From assembly GCA_002269645.1 (NCBI GenBank), contig NIVC01002028.1:112886-176885 (forward strand): a DNA stretch of 64,000 nt, read 5' to 3'. A program made the translations under genes and the position numbers. The notes under the pieces were generated by a model. That model ran no database searches. It saw only the letters and a program-made list of their open reading frames with translations, and had not been told where the DNA came from. Positions 21,201 to 33,352 of the stretch are shown piece by piece. Positions within the stretch are counted from its first letter, which is position 1. Each line of letters opens with the position of its first letter. This DNA comes from Macrostomum lignano (taxonomy: Eukaryota).

Positions 21201-24200
21201 CTGTGTCATTCTGTCTTCCCTAATGTGTCATTCTGTTCATCCGAGTGTGTCATGCTGTCCATCTGAATGTGTCATGCTGTCAATCTGAATGTGTCAATCT
21301 GAACAAGTGAATGTGTCATGCTGTCAATCTGAATGTGTCATGCTGTCAATCTGAATGTGTCATTCTGTCAATCTGAATGTGTCATGCTGTCAATCTGAAT
21401 GTGTCAATCTGAATGTGTCCATCTGAATGTGTCATGCTGTCAATCTGAATGTGTCATTCTGTCAATCTGAATGTGTCCATCTGAATGTATCATCTGACCA
21501 TCTGAATGTGTCAGTCTGTCCATCTGAATGTGTCATTCTGACCATCTGAATGTGTCAGTCTGTCCATCTGAATGTGTCATTCTGTCCATCTGAATGTATC
21601 ATTCTGTCCATCTGAATGTGTCAATCTGAATGTGTCATTCTGTCAATCTGAATGTGTGATTCTGTCCATCTGAATGTGTCATTCTGACCATCTGAATGTA
21701 TCATTCTGTCCATCTGAATGTGTCATTCTGTCCATCTGAATGTATCATTCTGTCCATCTGAATGTGTCATTCTGTCCATCTGAATGTGTCATTCTGTCCA
21801 TCTGAATGTATCATTCTGTCCATCTGAATGTGTCATTCTGTTCATCTGAATGTGTCATTCTGTCCATCTGAATGTATCATTCTGTCCATCTGAATGTGTC
21901 CATCTGAATGTATCATTCTGTCCATCTGAATGTATCATTCTGTCCATCTGAATGTATCATTCTGTCCATCTGAATGTGTCATTCTGTCCATCTGAATGTA
22001 TCATTCTGTCCATCTGAATGTGTCATTCTGTTCATCTGAATGTGTCATTCTGTCCATCTGAATGTGTCATTCTGTCCATCTGAATGTATCATTCTGTCCA
22101 TCTGAATGTGTCATTCTGTCCATCTGAATGTATCATTCTGTCCATCTGAATGTATCATTCTGTCCATCTGAATGTGTCATTCTGTCCATCTGAATGTATC
22201 ATTCTGTCCATCTGAATGTATCATTCTGTCCATCTGAATGTATCATTCTGTCCATCTGAATGTGTCCTTCTGTCCATCTGAATGTATCATTCTGTCCATC
22301 TGAATGTATCATTCTGTCCATCTGAATGTATCATTCTGTCCATCTGAATGTGTCCTTCTGTCTTCTGCAAATTCTTATTTAGGAGCATTTGATTTTGATT
22401 TTAGATTTTGATACAAACGAAATTATCCCAAAAGTAGAACATGATCTGTTGGCAGAGCTGCAGCCAATAAATTCAGGATTACAGAGGCAGTCAGCTGCAA
22501 TTCAGACTTGCATACACAACTTCAGCTGCTGCTATTCATTCCGCAGCGCCATCGAGGTCGATCTTATTCATTATGAAAGCGAATTTAGGCAAGATGAACG
22601 ACCTCCTTGACAGAGCGATATCTATCTCCCCTCGCGTATACAGATCCCTATTGTTCCCAATCTGCCCCAAGAAACCAACTGCCTGTCGGGAGAAACGGGA
22701 GAAATATCTTATCTATTTTTATCCCATAATACCCTTTGTCGTTTTATCAACTACACTGGTAGTGCATCATGATGGTTGTTAGTACGCCGAGGCGAGGGAG
22801 GCAGTGTGCATTGGTCCGGAAGTGAATGCCTGCTGGGCACAAGCAATTGATTATGAATGCTGCGCTGGACTTGGCTTCCCGCAATCCCTGCTGACTAGTA
22901 AAAATTCCGATAAGGCTAAGGCTTGATAGTGTAACTAGAACCTGCTGCTCAAGGGCTGCGGTAGCTCAGAAGGTGATAATTAACTGCTTAATTACACTGT
23001 TCCCGCCTTCGGGAGCTCGGCTGAATAGGAGGCCCTAGTCTGAGCCGTCCGTCTGAGACTGCCGGAATTCCTTGCATATAGACTGTTCGCTGGGTCTTGG
23101 CTAGAATTTGAATCTTTTTGGCTTGATCAGTTTGCACCGTGTGTCGCTTTATTCGACTCGCTAAAGACTTTATTATTACTCTCGGCTTGATGCGTCACTA
23201 TTCGAGAAATATTTCATTCTTTTAAGCACAGCTCACTCAAAAAATCATGCATCAACCATCACTTTCGACAAGTATCTGTCACTCTCAATCATTACCTGTC
23301 ACTCTCAATCATTATCTGTCACTCTCAACAAGCAATCCATCACTCTCAACAAACAATCTGTCACTCTCAATTGTTATTTGTCACTCTCAATCATTATCTG
23401 TCACTCTCAATCATTATCTGTCCCTCTCAATCATTATCTGTCGCTCTCAATCATTATCTGTCACTCTCAATTGTTATCTGTCACTCTCAATCATTTTCTG
23501 TCACTCTCAATTGTTATCTGTCAGTCTCATTTCTTATCTGTCACTCTCAATTGTTATCTGTCAGTCTCAATTGTTATCTGTCACTCTCAATCATTATCTG
23601 TCACTCTCAATTGTTATCTGTCACTCTCAATCATTATCTGTCACTCTCAATTGTTATCTGTCACTCTCAATTGTTATCTGTCAGTCTCAATTGTTATTTG
23701 TTCCTCTCAATCATTATCTGTCACTCTCAATCATTATCTGTCGCTCTCAATCATTATCTGTCGCTCTCAATCATTATCTGTCACTCTCAATTGTTATCTG
23801 TCACTCTCAATTGTTATCTGTCACTCTCAATTGTTATCTGTCAGTCTCAATCATTATCTGTCAGTCTCAATCATTATCTGTCACTCTCAACTGTTATCTG
23901 TCACTCTCAATTGTTATCTGTCACTCTCAATTGTTATCTGTCACTCTCAATTGTTATCTGTCAGTCTCAATCATTATCTGTCAGTCTCAATCATTATCTG
24001 TCACTCTCAATTGTTATCTGTCACTCTCAATTGTTATCTGTCACTCTCAATTGTTATCTGTCACTCTCAATTGTTATCTGTCACTCTCAATTGTTATCTG
24101 TCAGTCTCATTTCTTATCTGTAACTCTCAATCATTATCTGTCACTCTCAATCATTATCTGTCACTCTCAACAAACAATCCGTCACTCTCAACAAACAATC

Positions 24201-27200
24201 CGCCAGTCTCAGCAAACAATCTCCGTCACTATTAACAAACAATCCGTCACTCGCAAAAGAAATCCGTCACTCTTAACAAACAGTCCGTCACTCGCAAAAA
24301 AACCGTCACTCTTAACAAACAGTCCGTCACTCGCAAAAAAAACCGTCACTCTTAACAAACAATCTGTCACTTGCAACAAAAATCCGTCACTCTCAACAAA
24401 CAATCTCCGTCACTTTCAATAAACAATCCGTCACTCTGAGCAAAAAATCTCCGTCACTTCCAACAAAAAATCCATCACTATCAACAAACAATCCAGCATC
24501 AGCACAATCCGCCCTAATCAGCGCACCGCGCAGGATTCCCCACCCGAATCGCTAACGCATAACACAACCGCTGCAGGCGATGCGTACACCTGGACAGCCG
24601 ACATGCCGCACGGAAACGCCTCGGTGGAGTACCGGCTCAAGCAGTTCCTCATGCGCGGCTACGACATCACCAGCCGGCCAGTGCGAAAGGACTCGACCGC
24701 AATCGACTGCCAGCTGGGGATGTCGCTGTTTCACATTCTGGATACTGTAAGTGGTGCTTTTCTAAAGCGTGGAAAGCGTGGATAAATTTCCACGCTCGTC
24801 GAAAGAATATTGTAAGCTACTTTGCAACAGGCTTCTCCTCTCGACATGATGAGTGTACAGTGGCCTTTGCTAAGCTGAATCTCATACGGTGTTGTCAAGG
24901 GATTGCGGTAACCCTCAAGCATGGTCGTCTTCAATCCATTTCTGCAACAATAGTAACATCCAAATATGCTTCCTGAAGGACGACCTTTTCATACATTTCA
25001 TAGAGTTTCGATCGAATACACTCAGCTTATTGACGGATAGATAATGGATAGAGCAGCTATCAGTTTTATTTTTCGAGGCGTAAGTGAAAATTAAACACTT
25101 AAGACGAATCGGACGCAGAACCAGACTGGTTTATGAAGACCCTACGTTCCCTGCCTATTGTTTGCTTTAATTTATGAAACCCTTTCAGAGCGAGCGACAT
25201 CAAACAGTATCAGCGCTGATGTCACTGCGAGTGGTGAGTTGAGCTCGTTTCTGAGTAAAAATCAATTAAGCTTGTACAAGCTGGTGAGTGCAAAGGATTC
25301 AGTCATCATTGAACTGTTGGCAGCACTGGAGAGACGAGTACATCCGTTGGAACCGGAGCGAATACAAGATTGATAAAATCTGGATTCCAGCGAGGAGTAT
25401 CTGGCGACCGGACCTCATCATCACTAATTAGTGAGTAATGGCTTTCTGTGTTTAGCTGTCAATCACTTTGATCAATGTGCTCCTGTACGCACCGAAAAAC
25501 CCTGTTATTGTAGGCAATTGGGAAAACTGAGCAATGTCGAGCGATCATAAAAGCTGTCATAAATCCCTTATGACACTCATAACTGAGATACTTGTCTCTA
25601 TAGGCCATTAGGTTTTGACAGCCCGACCCGGCTCTAAACTGGTTCGAGCAGTTATACTAACGCTCGCATTCTCGCAATTTTTATTCCAGCGCTAACGACG
25701 AATACTCCGACTACATCAACACCAACGCCATCGTGGAGTGGACAGGCAGAGTGATGTGGACTTTTCCTATTGTGGTGAAAATGTACTGTACCTTGGATGT
25801 GCGCTATTTTCCGTTCGATACGCAGGACTGCAACGTCACATTCATGTCGTGGACCTATGATGGGTATAGACTGAACTTGAACCACACCGGAGCTAAGGAT
25901 CAGAAAGTTTACTACGAGCCGCGCAACCAGGAATGGATGGTCACTGTTATTGTTCCCTGGCGGGAGAACCAGATGTATCCCTGCTGCCCGGAGCCTTTCC
26001 CAGTGCTCCACTTCACCATCCACATGTACCGGCGCTATCTGTTCTACGTGATTAACCTGATCTGCCCCTGCCTGCTCATCTACTGCGTTTCCTTTCTCGG
26101 CTTCTTCCTGCCCATTGAGTCCGGCGAGAAGGTCAACTTGGAGATCACCGTGCTGCTGGCTCTGGTGGTGTTCCTGCTCATGGTCAGCGAGAACATGCCG
26201 CCTACGCCCGACGCTGTGCCCGTTGTTGGTGAGCATACTTTGCTGAGCTTGAATTAGATCTCTGCAACTGGCTTCTCATTTGGTTGATCCCTAAGCACAT
26301 GGAGACGTGTGAGCTCGTACTGTTCTCAGAGTCAGGTAGGCACACACTCTGTGCCTTGAGTCAGAGTCAGGTAGGCACACACTCTGTGCCTTGAGTCAGA
26401 GTCAGGTAGGCACACACTCTGAGCCTTGAGTCAGAGTCAGGTAGGCACACACTCTGAGCCTTGAGTCAGAGTCAGGTAGGCACACACTCTGAGCCTTGAG
26501 TCAGAGTCAGGTAGGCACACACTCTGAGCCTTGAGTCAGAGTCAGTAGGCACACACTCTGTGCCTTGAGTCAGAGTCAGGTAGGCACACTCTGTGCCTTG
26601 AGTCAGAGTCAGAATTCCAAAAGACCCAGGCCATTTTTGTGCACTAGCCCCCAAATAATTCTGGCCGGACACGGAATAGAACCCAGGCACTCTGGCGTGA
26701 TATTCAGACGCATCAACCGCCGAACTGCTCTGCCCTTGCTTGGTACTATTTTAGAGTTAATCAATGTTTTAGCGTTCGACTATCTTGCCTAGGCCAGCCT
26801 CACTTGGCACCTGGCATGAACTGGGCATCGAACTCAAGCACTGGCTTCTGGCTGCGTCTATCGCTTTAGACGGAGACTCTGATCGAGGCCGAGGACCCTG
26901 AGCAAGCCGCAATTTCTGATTAGTAAAATTGGTAACGGCCCAACGGTTTTGTTGGCATTATGCCAAAACGGCTTAACAAAATTCCGTTCTTAAGTATATG
27001 CCTTTTCTGAGTGTTAATTTTTGTTGCTTGACATTTTGTCTGTTTTGTTTTGTGTATGGTCTAGAGAGGAATGTTGCTAGATATAACAAATAGCAAAATG
27101 ATTTTGAATCAATAACCAACAATAACCCCTCCGCTCCAGGCCTGCTGTTCAGCGTGACCATGGTCATGGTGGCGCTAGCCGTAGTCATGGCCGTGACCGT

Positions 27201-27785
27201 CACGTTCGTGTTCTTCGCCCAGCCGCACACGCCGCCCCCCGCGTACATCCTGCGGCTGGCCAGATTCTATCGTCGCTGGCAGCGTCGGCCAGCGGCTACC
27301 GCGGCTGCCGCAGCGGCGAGACGCCACCAGCGAGTTCACCAGCAGCAGCACATTCTCTGCGGGGGCTCGGTAGGTGGTCGCCTAGGTGGAGGCGGAGGCG
27401 GCTCCTTCGACTCCGATGAAGACGATCGCAGCATCGGCCTCGGGGCGGCGGCTGCAGCGACCCGGCCGCCTACTTTAAGGAGACTCTGCGCGCCGCCGTG
27501 GCCGCCAATGCGACAGCCGCTGCAACAGCGGGCGCCAACGGCAGCTGCAAGTCGCTGCCGCTTCCACCAGGCCGTCCGCATCAGTCGCCAGACGTCCAAA
27601 AAGAGAAGCCCCAGACTGACGAGGACAACTTCTTGGAGGAGTGGCACTCTGCCGCCTTCGCTCTTGACTGGATCTTCTTCTGGGTCTTTCTGCTGCTCAC
27701 CTGTCTGATGTTCTTCGCTGTGGCCATTGTGGCGATGCCTGCATTCACTGTAGTGCACCCGACCGGGCACAGCAGTGAGCACTGA
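15250..27785 (+). CDS. Nicotinic acetylcholine receptor alpha-type subunit (alpha9/10-like, cation-type M2); join(15250-15328,24577-24746,25189-25233,25324-25430,25690-26228,27140-27369,27432-27785), about 507 aa
   Basis: Signal peptide exon; EYRLKQFLMRGYDITSRPV; IWRPDLIITN; Cys-loop CTLDVRYFPFDTQDC; loop B SWTYDG; loop C YPCC vicinal cysteines; M1-M3 with SGEKVNLEITVLL; M4 DWIFFWVFLL. All splice phases are compatible. The first exon and the 62-nt last intron are less certain. Confidence 0.9.
15348..18100. repeat. Minisatellite, about 16-bp unit GTCTGCCTGTCTTAGT with higher-order variants
   Basis: Direct reading; starts about 20 bp after the 15328 donor. Confidence 0.95.
18872..19618 (-). 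mobile_element. Possible hAT-type non-autonomous relic with a (GA)-rich simple-repeat interior (about 18970-19540)
   Basis: Right end reverse complement CAGGTGTTGGCAAGCTCCGGCCTGCAGGCC...CGGCCCGCG resembles hAT MITE ends; left end GTTGGCAAAATTTT; TSD is not convincing. The GA repeat itself is certain. Confidence 0.35.
19850..19990. repeat. 10-bp tandem repeat AAGTCATAGA
   Basis: Direct reading. Confidence 0.85.
20448..20517 (+). CDS. Candidate alternative first (signal-peptide) exon of the nAChR subunit
   Basis: ATG...MTLSRLWGNILVLCCGLGWIVET-G|GTGAGT; phase-1 donor identical in phase to exon 15250-15328. Confidence 0.5.
20528..21236. repeat. 22-bp minisatellite AATGTGTCATT(C/A)TGTCTTCCCT
   Basis: Direct reading; starts about 10 bp after the 20517 donor. 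Confidence 0.93.
21237..22362. repeat. 22-bp minisatellite AATGT(G/A)TCATTCTGTCCATCTG
   Basis: Direct reading; contiguous with, and related to, the preceding array. Confidence 0.93.
23272..24500. repeat. 20-bp minisatellite TCACTCTCAAT(T/C)(G/A)TTATCTG, degenerating into AACAAACAATCCGTCACT-type units after about 24170
   Basis: Direct reading; source of the Ser/Leu/Cys-rich repeat ORFs. Confidence 0.92.
26327..26610. repeat. 35-bp minisatellite GAGTCAGAGTCAGGTAGGCACACACTCTG(A/T)GCCTT, about 8 copies
   Basis: Direct reading; lies in the nAChR intron after 26228. Confidence 0.9.
26622..26735 (-). mobile_element. Degenerate tRNA-derived SINE head
   Basis: Minus strand has B-box-like GGTTCTATTCC followed by TTTGGGGCTAGTGCACAAAA, shared with the relics at 12401-12763 and 45720-46060. 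Confidence 0.45.
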
Positions 27786-29728
27786 GTGGCAGTTTTGCTG
27801 GCTGTCTTTTGTTGAGACAGTGTTGAGCACTTGATTGATTTTCACGCTTATTGTTTAGCAGTAACAGCTCATGTGATTCGATAATTATTTCTCTTAGCAG
27901 TGAAACGCATTAGAAAATACCAATAATCAGCTCTGGCTTTTTGAGCAGGCACTTCGGTCTCGGATTTATTCCAATCTCAACCCAAGGCTGCATTCACACT
28001 ATGATAGAAAATATTTTGTAGGACTAGATATGTTCATAAAAGTGCTGCAGATCGTTATTAGTTTGCGCAGAACAAAAACTGGGCAGAAAATCCCCGCACA
28101 GCCGACCAGAATCCCTGTGTGCTGCATCAGCGCAGGGTTCAGTGCGAATTTGCTCCCAGCAATTGGCGGCAGCGCTGAGGTTAGACATAATTGGAATGCT
28201 GAGCTTTTATGATCCGCTTCTGACTGGACTGGCTGAGAGAGGGGTAGGGAGGAGGAGGCTAAGAGAGAAGTTGCAGTACCATGGCGGGCGGAAGTACTTC
28301 GATCAAGTATGCATATTAAGCTGCATTTTTTAGTCGAGCATGCACGCATGTTCGATAGGGCAACAGCTGAAGCCGTACTAGAGAGGTTTAAAAGTTTTTG
28401 AAAAATAAAATCACATACTGATGCATAAATGCATAAAACCTATTGAGTTAATGTTTATCACATTAGGAGGCTTGACAACAAGAACTTACGATTAGCCGTC
28501 AAATTTACATTTTCTTGGGATTAGGCGCAGTCAAACTACTGAAACTGTCAGCAGCAGTAGGGTAAATAGCTTTTTATCGCCGAAATTTGTAAAATAAAAA
28601 ATTGCTAGTTTTAAATAACTATGTTGACATCCTTTTAGTTGAAATTCAAGTTTAAAGAAACGCTTGCTTGACTACTGGTGTAAAAAGATGGTGCTTCATG
28701 CTCTGCTTCATGCTCTCTCTATCTATCAAACGACTAATGCATGCATAAGAGGGTCAATGGCATTGCTAGCTTAAAAAATTGGTCCTATAATTCTCCTTTG
28801 AATGAGCCGCCATGCTCAGCAGAATTGCCGATCCCAGATACGCATCACGGTCGATACCGGGGCCTGTCTTCACCGCGTCTCTCTCAACCTCTCTTTTTCC
28901 AGGCCTCCCTATAAACAATTTCCTGGCCAGAGTTCAGAAAACGTAAAGCGAAAAATAACATGCAATTTTCCCAATGATTCTCTGCCCCTCTATTCACTAA
29001 AATCCCCCAGCTCACTTTCCTTTCCATTTCCTCTTCTCTTGATGTCGTCCCTGGGGGGGGGGGGCGGCGGGAGGAGAGCGGCCCTGAAGATTGCTCCTGC
29101 TCTTCCACAGGGCCGAAACGGGATGCATTTTTAAAAAGCGGGGCTGGGGGATTAGCGAGAAAATCCCCGATGAGTTTGGCCAGCTGATGACTGTTTCAAC
29201 GCTGCTGGTGACAATGGCATCAATATTGCCAGCTTAGGTCGGCTAGTTCCTGTCATTGATTATGCATTCTTAAGTAGAGTACGCCTGAGATGCCCTCAAG
29301 AGAATAGAGTTCTACTGTTAGTAGTGCTGCAGAATGAGGCAGCATATTTACAGAAGCAGAAATCTTGACGAATAAAGTATAATAAATAGTAGAAAGCAAA
29401 GTTTATACCATAGAGTCAGCATTGCAAGTACACAGTGTTTAAATATTATTAGCCTAACAGTATACACTTGCTGGGCTATTTAATATCGTAGAATTCAAAA
29501 ATAGATATTTTATTAGCACAGGTGAAAATAAATTGTACTCATTTCTCCTACATGTACCTTCAAATGTGTTCATGCATTACGCTTAGCTCGTATAAGAGAA
29601 GAAGGTATACTGCTAACAGATGTCTGTTTACTGGAACAGACAACACTCGCGTTTTGTAACATTATTATAGCATTGACGCATTGTGGGTGCCTGACTGGTT
29701 TAACGATTCTCGAGATTTCTTGTTGGCC

Positions 29729-30143
29729 TACATGGTCGAAGGAGTGAATCATTCCCAGATCGATGTTGGAGTACATGGTCGAAGGAGTGAATCATTCCCA
29801 GATCGATGTTGGGGTACATGGTCGAAGGATTGAATCATTCCCAGATCGATGTTGGGGTACATGGTCGAAGGAGTGAATCATTCCCTGATTGATGTTGGGG
29901 TACATTTTCGAAAGAGTGAATCATTCCCTGATCGATGTTGGGGTACATGGTCGAAGGAGTGAATCATTCCCTGATCGATGTTGGGGTACATGGTCGAAGG
30001 AGTGAATCATTCCCTGATCGATGTTGGGGTACATGGTCGAAGGAGTGAATCATTCCCAGATCGATGTTGGGGTACATGGTCGAAGGAGTGAATCATTCCC
30101 TGATCGATGTTGGGGTACATGGTCGAAGGAGTGAATCATTCCC
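29729..30143. repeat. 43-bp minisatellite GTACATGGTCGAAGGAGTGAATCATTCCC(A/T)GATCGATGTTGGG, about 9-10 copies
   Basis: Direct reading. Confidence 0.92.
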
Positions 30144-30290
30144 ATCCTTAAAGCACGGTTAGCACTGTTAGGATTTAGGATCGGGAATCAACACTTAAGG
30201 TTATCCCATCGTCCTATCGAGCAGTGGAGCAGTGTAGAGTACAGTTTGATGCACTTGTACTTGGCCAGTCCGTACCAAGCAAGACGGAGC

Positions 30291-33200
30291 TCACACAGCC
30301 TGACCGGTGTCGGCATGCTGCCTCCGAGAGCCGGACCTGTTGCAGCACAGCAGAGCCCAAGGCCGGCTGGTTTCGCGCACCAGATCGTCCAGCATCATGC
30401 AGAGAGCCGAGGCCAGCAGCAGCGCCGCGGCTATCCAACCCAACGCGTAGCCGTAGCCGTAGCGGTGCGATTGAAACAGCAGCTTCTGCACGGCGTACGG
30501 GTAGATGCCCAAGGCCACTGTGGCCGACAGGGCTGCAACCAAAGCGAGCGCGAGGCAGAGAGAGATTTGGGCTTCTATTGTCAAGTACGACGTACCAAAT
30601 ACAAATGTACTTTTAGTACATGTTGACAATTATTCATGGAAATAAATATTTTTATTATTGATTATAACAATAAAAGATCAATGTCAGAAGCTTCAAATTC
30701 TAGCATTTCTTATAATTGGCCTAGCGTTTGCCTTGGTCTGGGCTGCGGGTCTACTGGTTCAAGATGTATTCAATGGATTAAAAGCACACAGGCAGGCGCT
30801 AAATAGGCATAAAACTAAGATTAATATTCTCAGTCCTTAGCAGTTGCCCCAGATGGGTTATTCAGTATTGACGAATGACAAGCATGATGCACGATTTCAA
30901 TCTAGCTACCATTTCGTCTGAAAGACACAAAACACCCGGCCAAGGCTACTTAACTATAGCCGCTCATAAATTATAACTGAGCTCTTTCCTTACCGGCTAC
31001 AAAGAAGATCTCGCCAGCAGAGTGGAAGTAGTACATCTTCTTTGGCAGATAGCTGATACAGAGGCCCACTGAGGCGAGGCCGGTGCCCAGCCCGGCGAAC
31101 AGAATGGCAAACAGCAACAGACCGATGGACGCCTTCTGCCAGTCTGGAGAAATTGTGAGGTTTTGTCGAGTGATAAATACGACCGAGCGTTAATGTTTTT
31201 CCGCAGCAGAAAGAGTTCATGAGCCTTGCTTAAAGTGCAACGTCGCGTATCGCATATCGGACAGGTGCCAAGAGCCGGAGAGCTGCAGCAACGGTGCGCA
31301 GGTTTGTCCAACATGATTAATTCAGCGCCCTTCTTTTCTGCCGTGACAGCAGACGGGAAACTGGCTCTGCTCTGCGTGAGGGGCAGCGCGCCACGGCTCA
31401 CAGGAAAGGCTGGCGGAGACCTGGTGCGTGTGTTTGTGCTCACAGAGGAAATTAGGACTGTGCAGCAGGATCCCCAGGGGGATGGGAGAAAGACCAAATA
31501 GATGGCAAAGAATATGCTTAGTTGCAGTCCAGGCTGATTTAACTGCAAAGCATGTACTTTTTGTGCATTTAGAAGCAGATAGATTAACGGTACTTTGTAA
31601 TTCACATCGTTTTGTTGTCATAAATCGTTTGGAAATAGATCTGAGCGGATGAGGAAAGGGTGAGTCTGATGTGGAGAGTGCTGGAAGAGATTGGAATAAA
31701 AATAACTATGAATTTCACTCACAGGAAGATGGTGAGTAGAGAATGCAGAGTAGGACTCACGAGTGTCAGACTGAGTAGAGAATGCAAAGTAGGACTCACG
31801 AGTGTCAGGCTGAGTAGATAATGCAGAGTAGGACTCACGAGTGTCAGGCTGAGTAGAGAATGCAAATTAGGACTCACGAGTGTCAGGCTGAGTAGATAAT
31901 GCAGAGTAGGACTCACGAGTGTCAGGCTGAGTAGAGAATGCAGAGTAGGACTCACGAGTGTCAGGCTGAGTAGAGAATGCAAAGTAGGACTCACGAGTGT
32001 CAGACTGAGTAGAGAATGCAAAGTAGGACTCACGAGTGTCAGGCTGAGTAGAGAATGCAGAGTAGGACTCACGAGTGTCAGGCTGAGTAGAGAATGCAGA
32101 GTAGGACTCACGAGTGTCAGGCTGAGTAGAGAATGCAGAGTAGGACTCACGAGTGTCAGGCTGAGTAGAGAATGCAAGTAGGACTCACGAGTGTCAGGCT
32201 GAGTAGAGAATGCAAAGTAGGACTCACGAGTGTCAGGCTGAGTAGAGAATGCAAAGTAGGACTCACGAGTGTCAGACTGAGTAGAGAATGCAAAGTAGGA
32301 CTCACGAGTGTCAGGCTGAGTAGATAATGCAGAGTAGGACTCACGAGTGTCAGGCTGAGTAGAGAATGCAAAGTAGGACTCACGAGTGTCAGGCTGAGTA
32401 GAGAATGCAAAGTAGGACTCACGAGTGTCAGGCTGAGTAGAGAATGCAAAGTAGGACTCACGAGTGTCAGGCTGAGTAGAGAATGCAAAGTAGGACTCAC
32501 GAGTGTCAGACTGAGTAGAGAATGCAAAGTAGGACTCACGAGTGTCAGGCTGAGTAGATAATGCAGAGTAGGACTCACGAGTGTCAGGCTGAGTAGAGAA
32601 TGCAAAGTAGGACTCACGAGTGTCAGGCTGAGTACAGGGACTACTCAAACACCGGGACGGGAAACTAAAATTTTTTTACGAGGCTGGCTGGCAATTATTT
32701 TCATTAGAGAGATGCTGTGTTACTTTGTTGTCTATGGTTATTTTCTACTGCTGATGATAGACCAGCCTCGTAAAAAAATCCCAGCCTCCCGTCCCGGTGT
32801 TTGAGTAGTCCCTGGCTGAGTAGAGAATGCAAAGTAGGACTCACGAGTGTCAGGCTGAGTAGAGAATGCAGAGTAGGACTCACGAGTGTCAGACTGAGTA
32901 GAGAATGCAGAGTAGGACTCACGAGTGTCAGGCTGAGTAGATAATGCAGAGTGGACTCTAAGGTGTGGAAGGGCTCTATGGTTTAATCTAACATCTAACG
33001 AACTACCTTGCAGCCGCAGTTTCCCGAAGCCGCTGCAGCCAGCTCTCGGTGGGACGCTGTGATTTCCTGGTTGCAGAGTCGCCACATACGAGCTCGGAGA
33101 GTTCGGGCACACGTCCCACAAGCTGACCCAACCTCTGCTACTCTCGCGCCAATGCCAGTGCGCCCCCGGTGCCACTGCAGCTCCCAACAGGGCGAGAGAG

Positions 33201-33352
33201 GCGCCTCCAAGCAAGGCGCCAAGGCAGCGCCAAGCCAAACGGCGCCGCTCTTGGGCGCCGGCGGCTTCGCTGTGTGGCCGGCGCTGTTCGTAGATTCCGA
33301 CGCTGTCGGGGACGCGGAAGCTGACGAAACTCTTCAGCGTCTTTAGCTGCAT
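30291..33352 (-). CDS. TMEM47/VAB-9/PERP-like claudin-superfamily tetraspan protein, short isoform; join(33352-33007,31143-30994,30532-30291), about 245 aa
   Basis: TM1 then W...WVSLWDVC...C; DWQKASIGLLLFA (TMEM47 DWQ motif); YYFHSAGEIFFVA; YPY...YGYGYALGW. Phase-1 GT-AG junctions all fit. Confidence 0.8.
31735..32952. repeat. 39-bp minisatellite CTGAGTAGAGAATGCA(A/G)AGTAGGACTCACGAGTGTCAGG interrupted by a MITE
   Basis: Direct reading; the unit is 13 codons, which explains the long repeat ORFs. Confidence 0.95.
32635..32814. mobile_element. hAT-family MITE (180 bp)
   Basis: Perfect 28-bp TIR CAGGGACTACTCAAACACCGGGACGGGA, a second inner inverted pair TTTTTTACGAGGCTGG, and 8-bp TSD GCTGAGTA (32627-32634 / 32815-32822). 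Confidence 0.92.

Noticed and set aside
23247-24422. Long Cys/Ser/Leu-rich ORFs (also 15843-16115 and 31719-32648)
   Set aside because: They are minisatellite translations inside introns of genes modelled here.
29729-30143. Regular 32-61-bp repeats as CRISPR arrays (also 26327-26610, 31735-32952, 42167-42731, 43125-44755)
   Set aside because: Units are head-to-tail with no unique spacers, there are no cas genes, and the context is eukaryotic.
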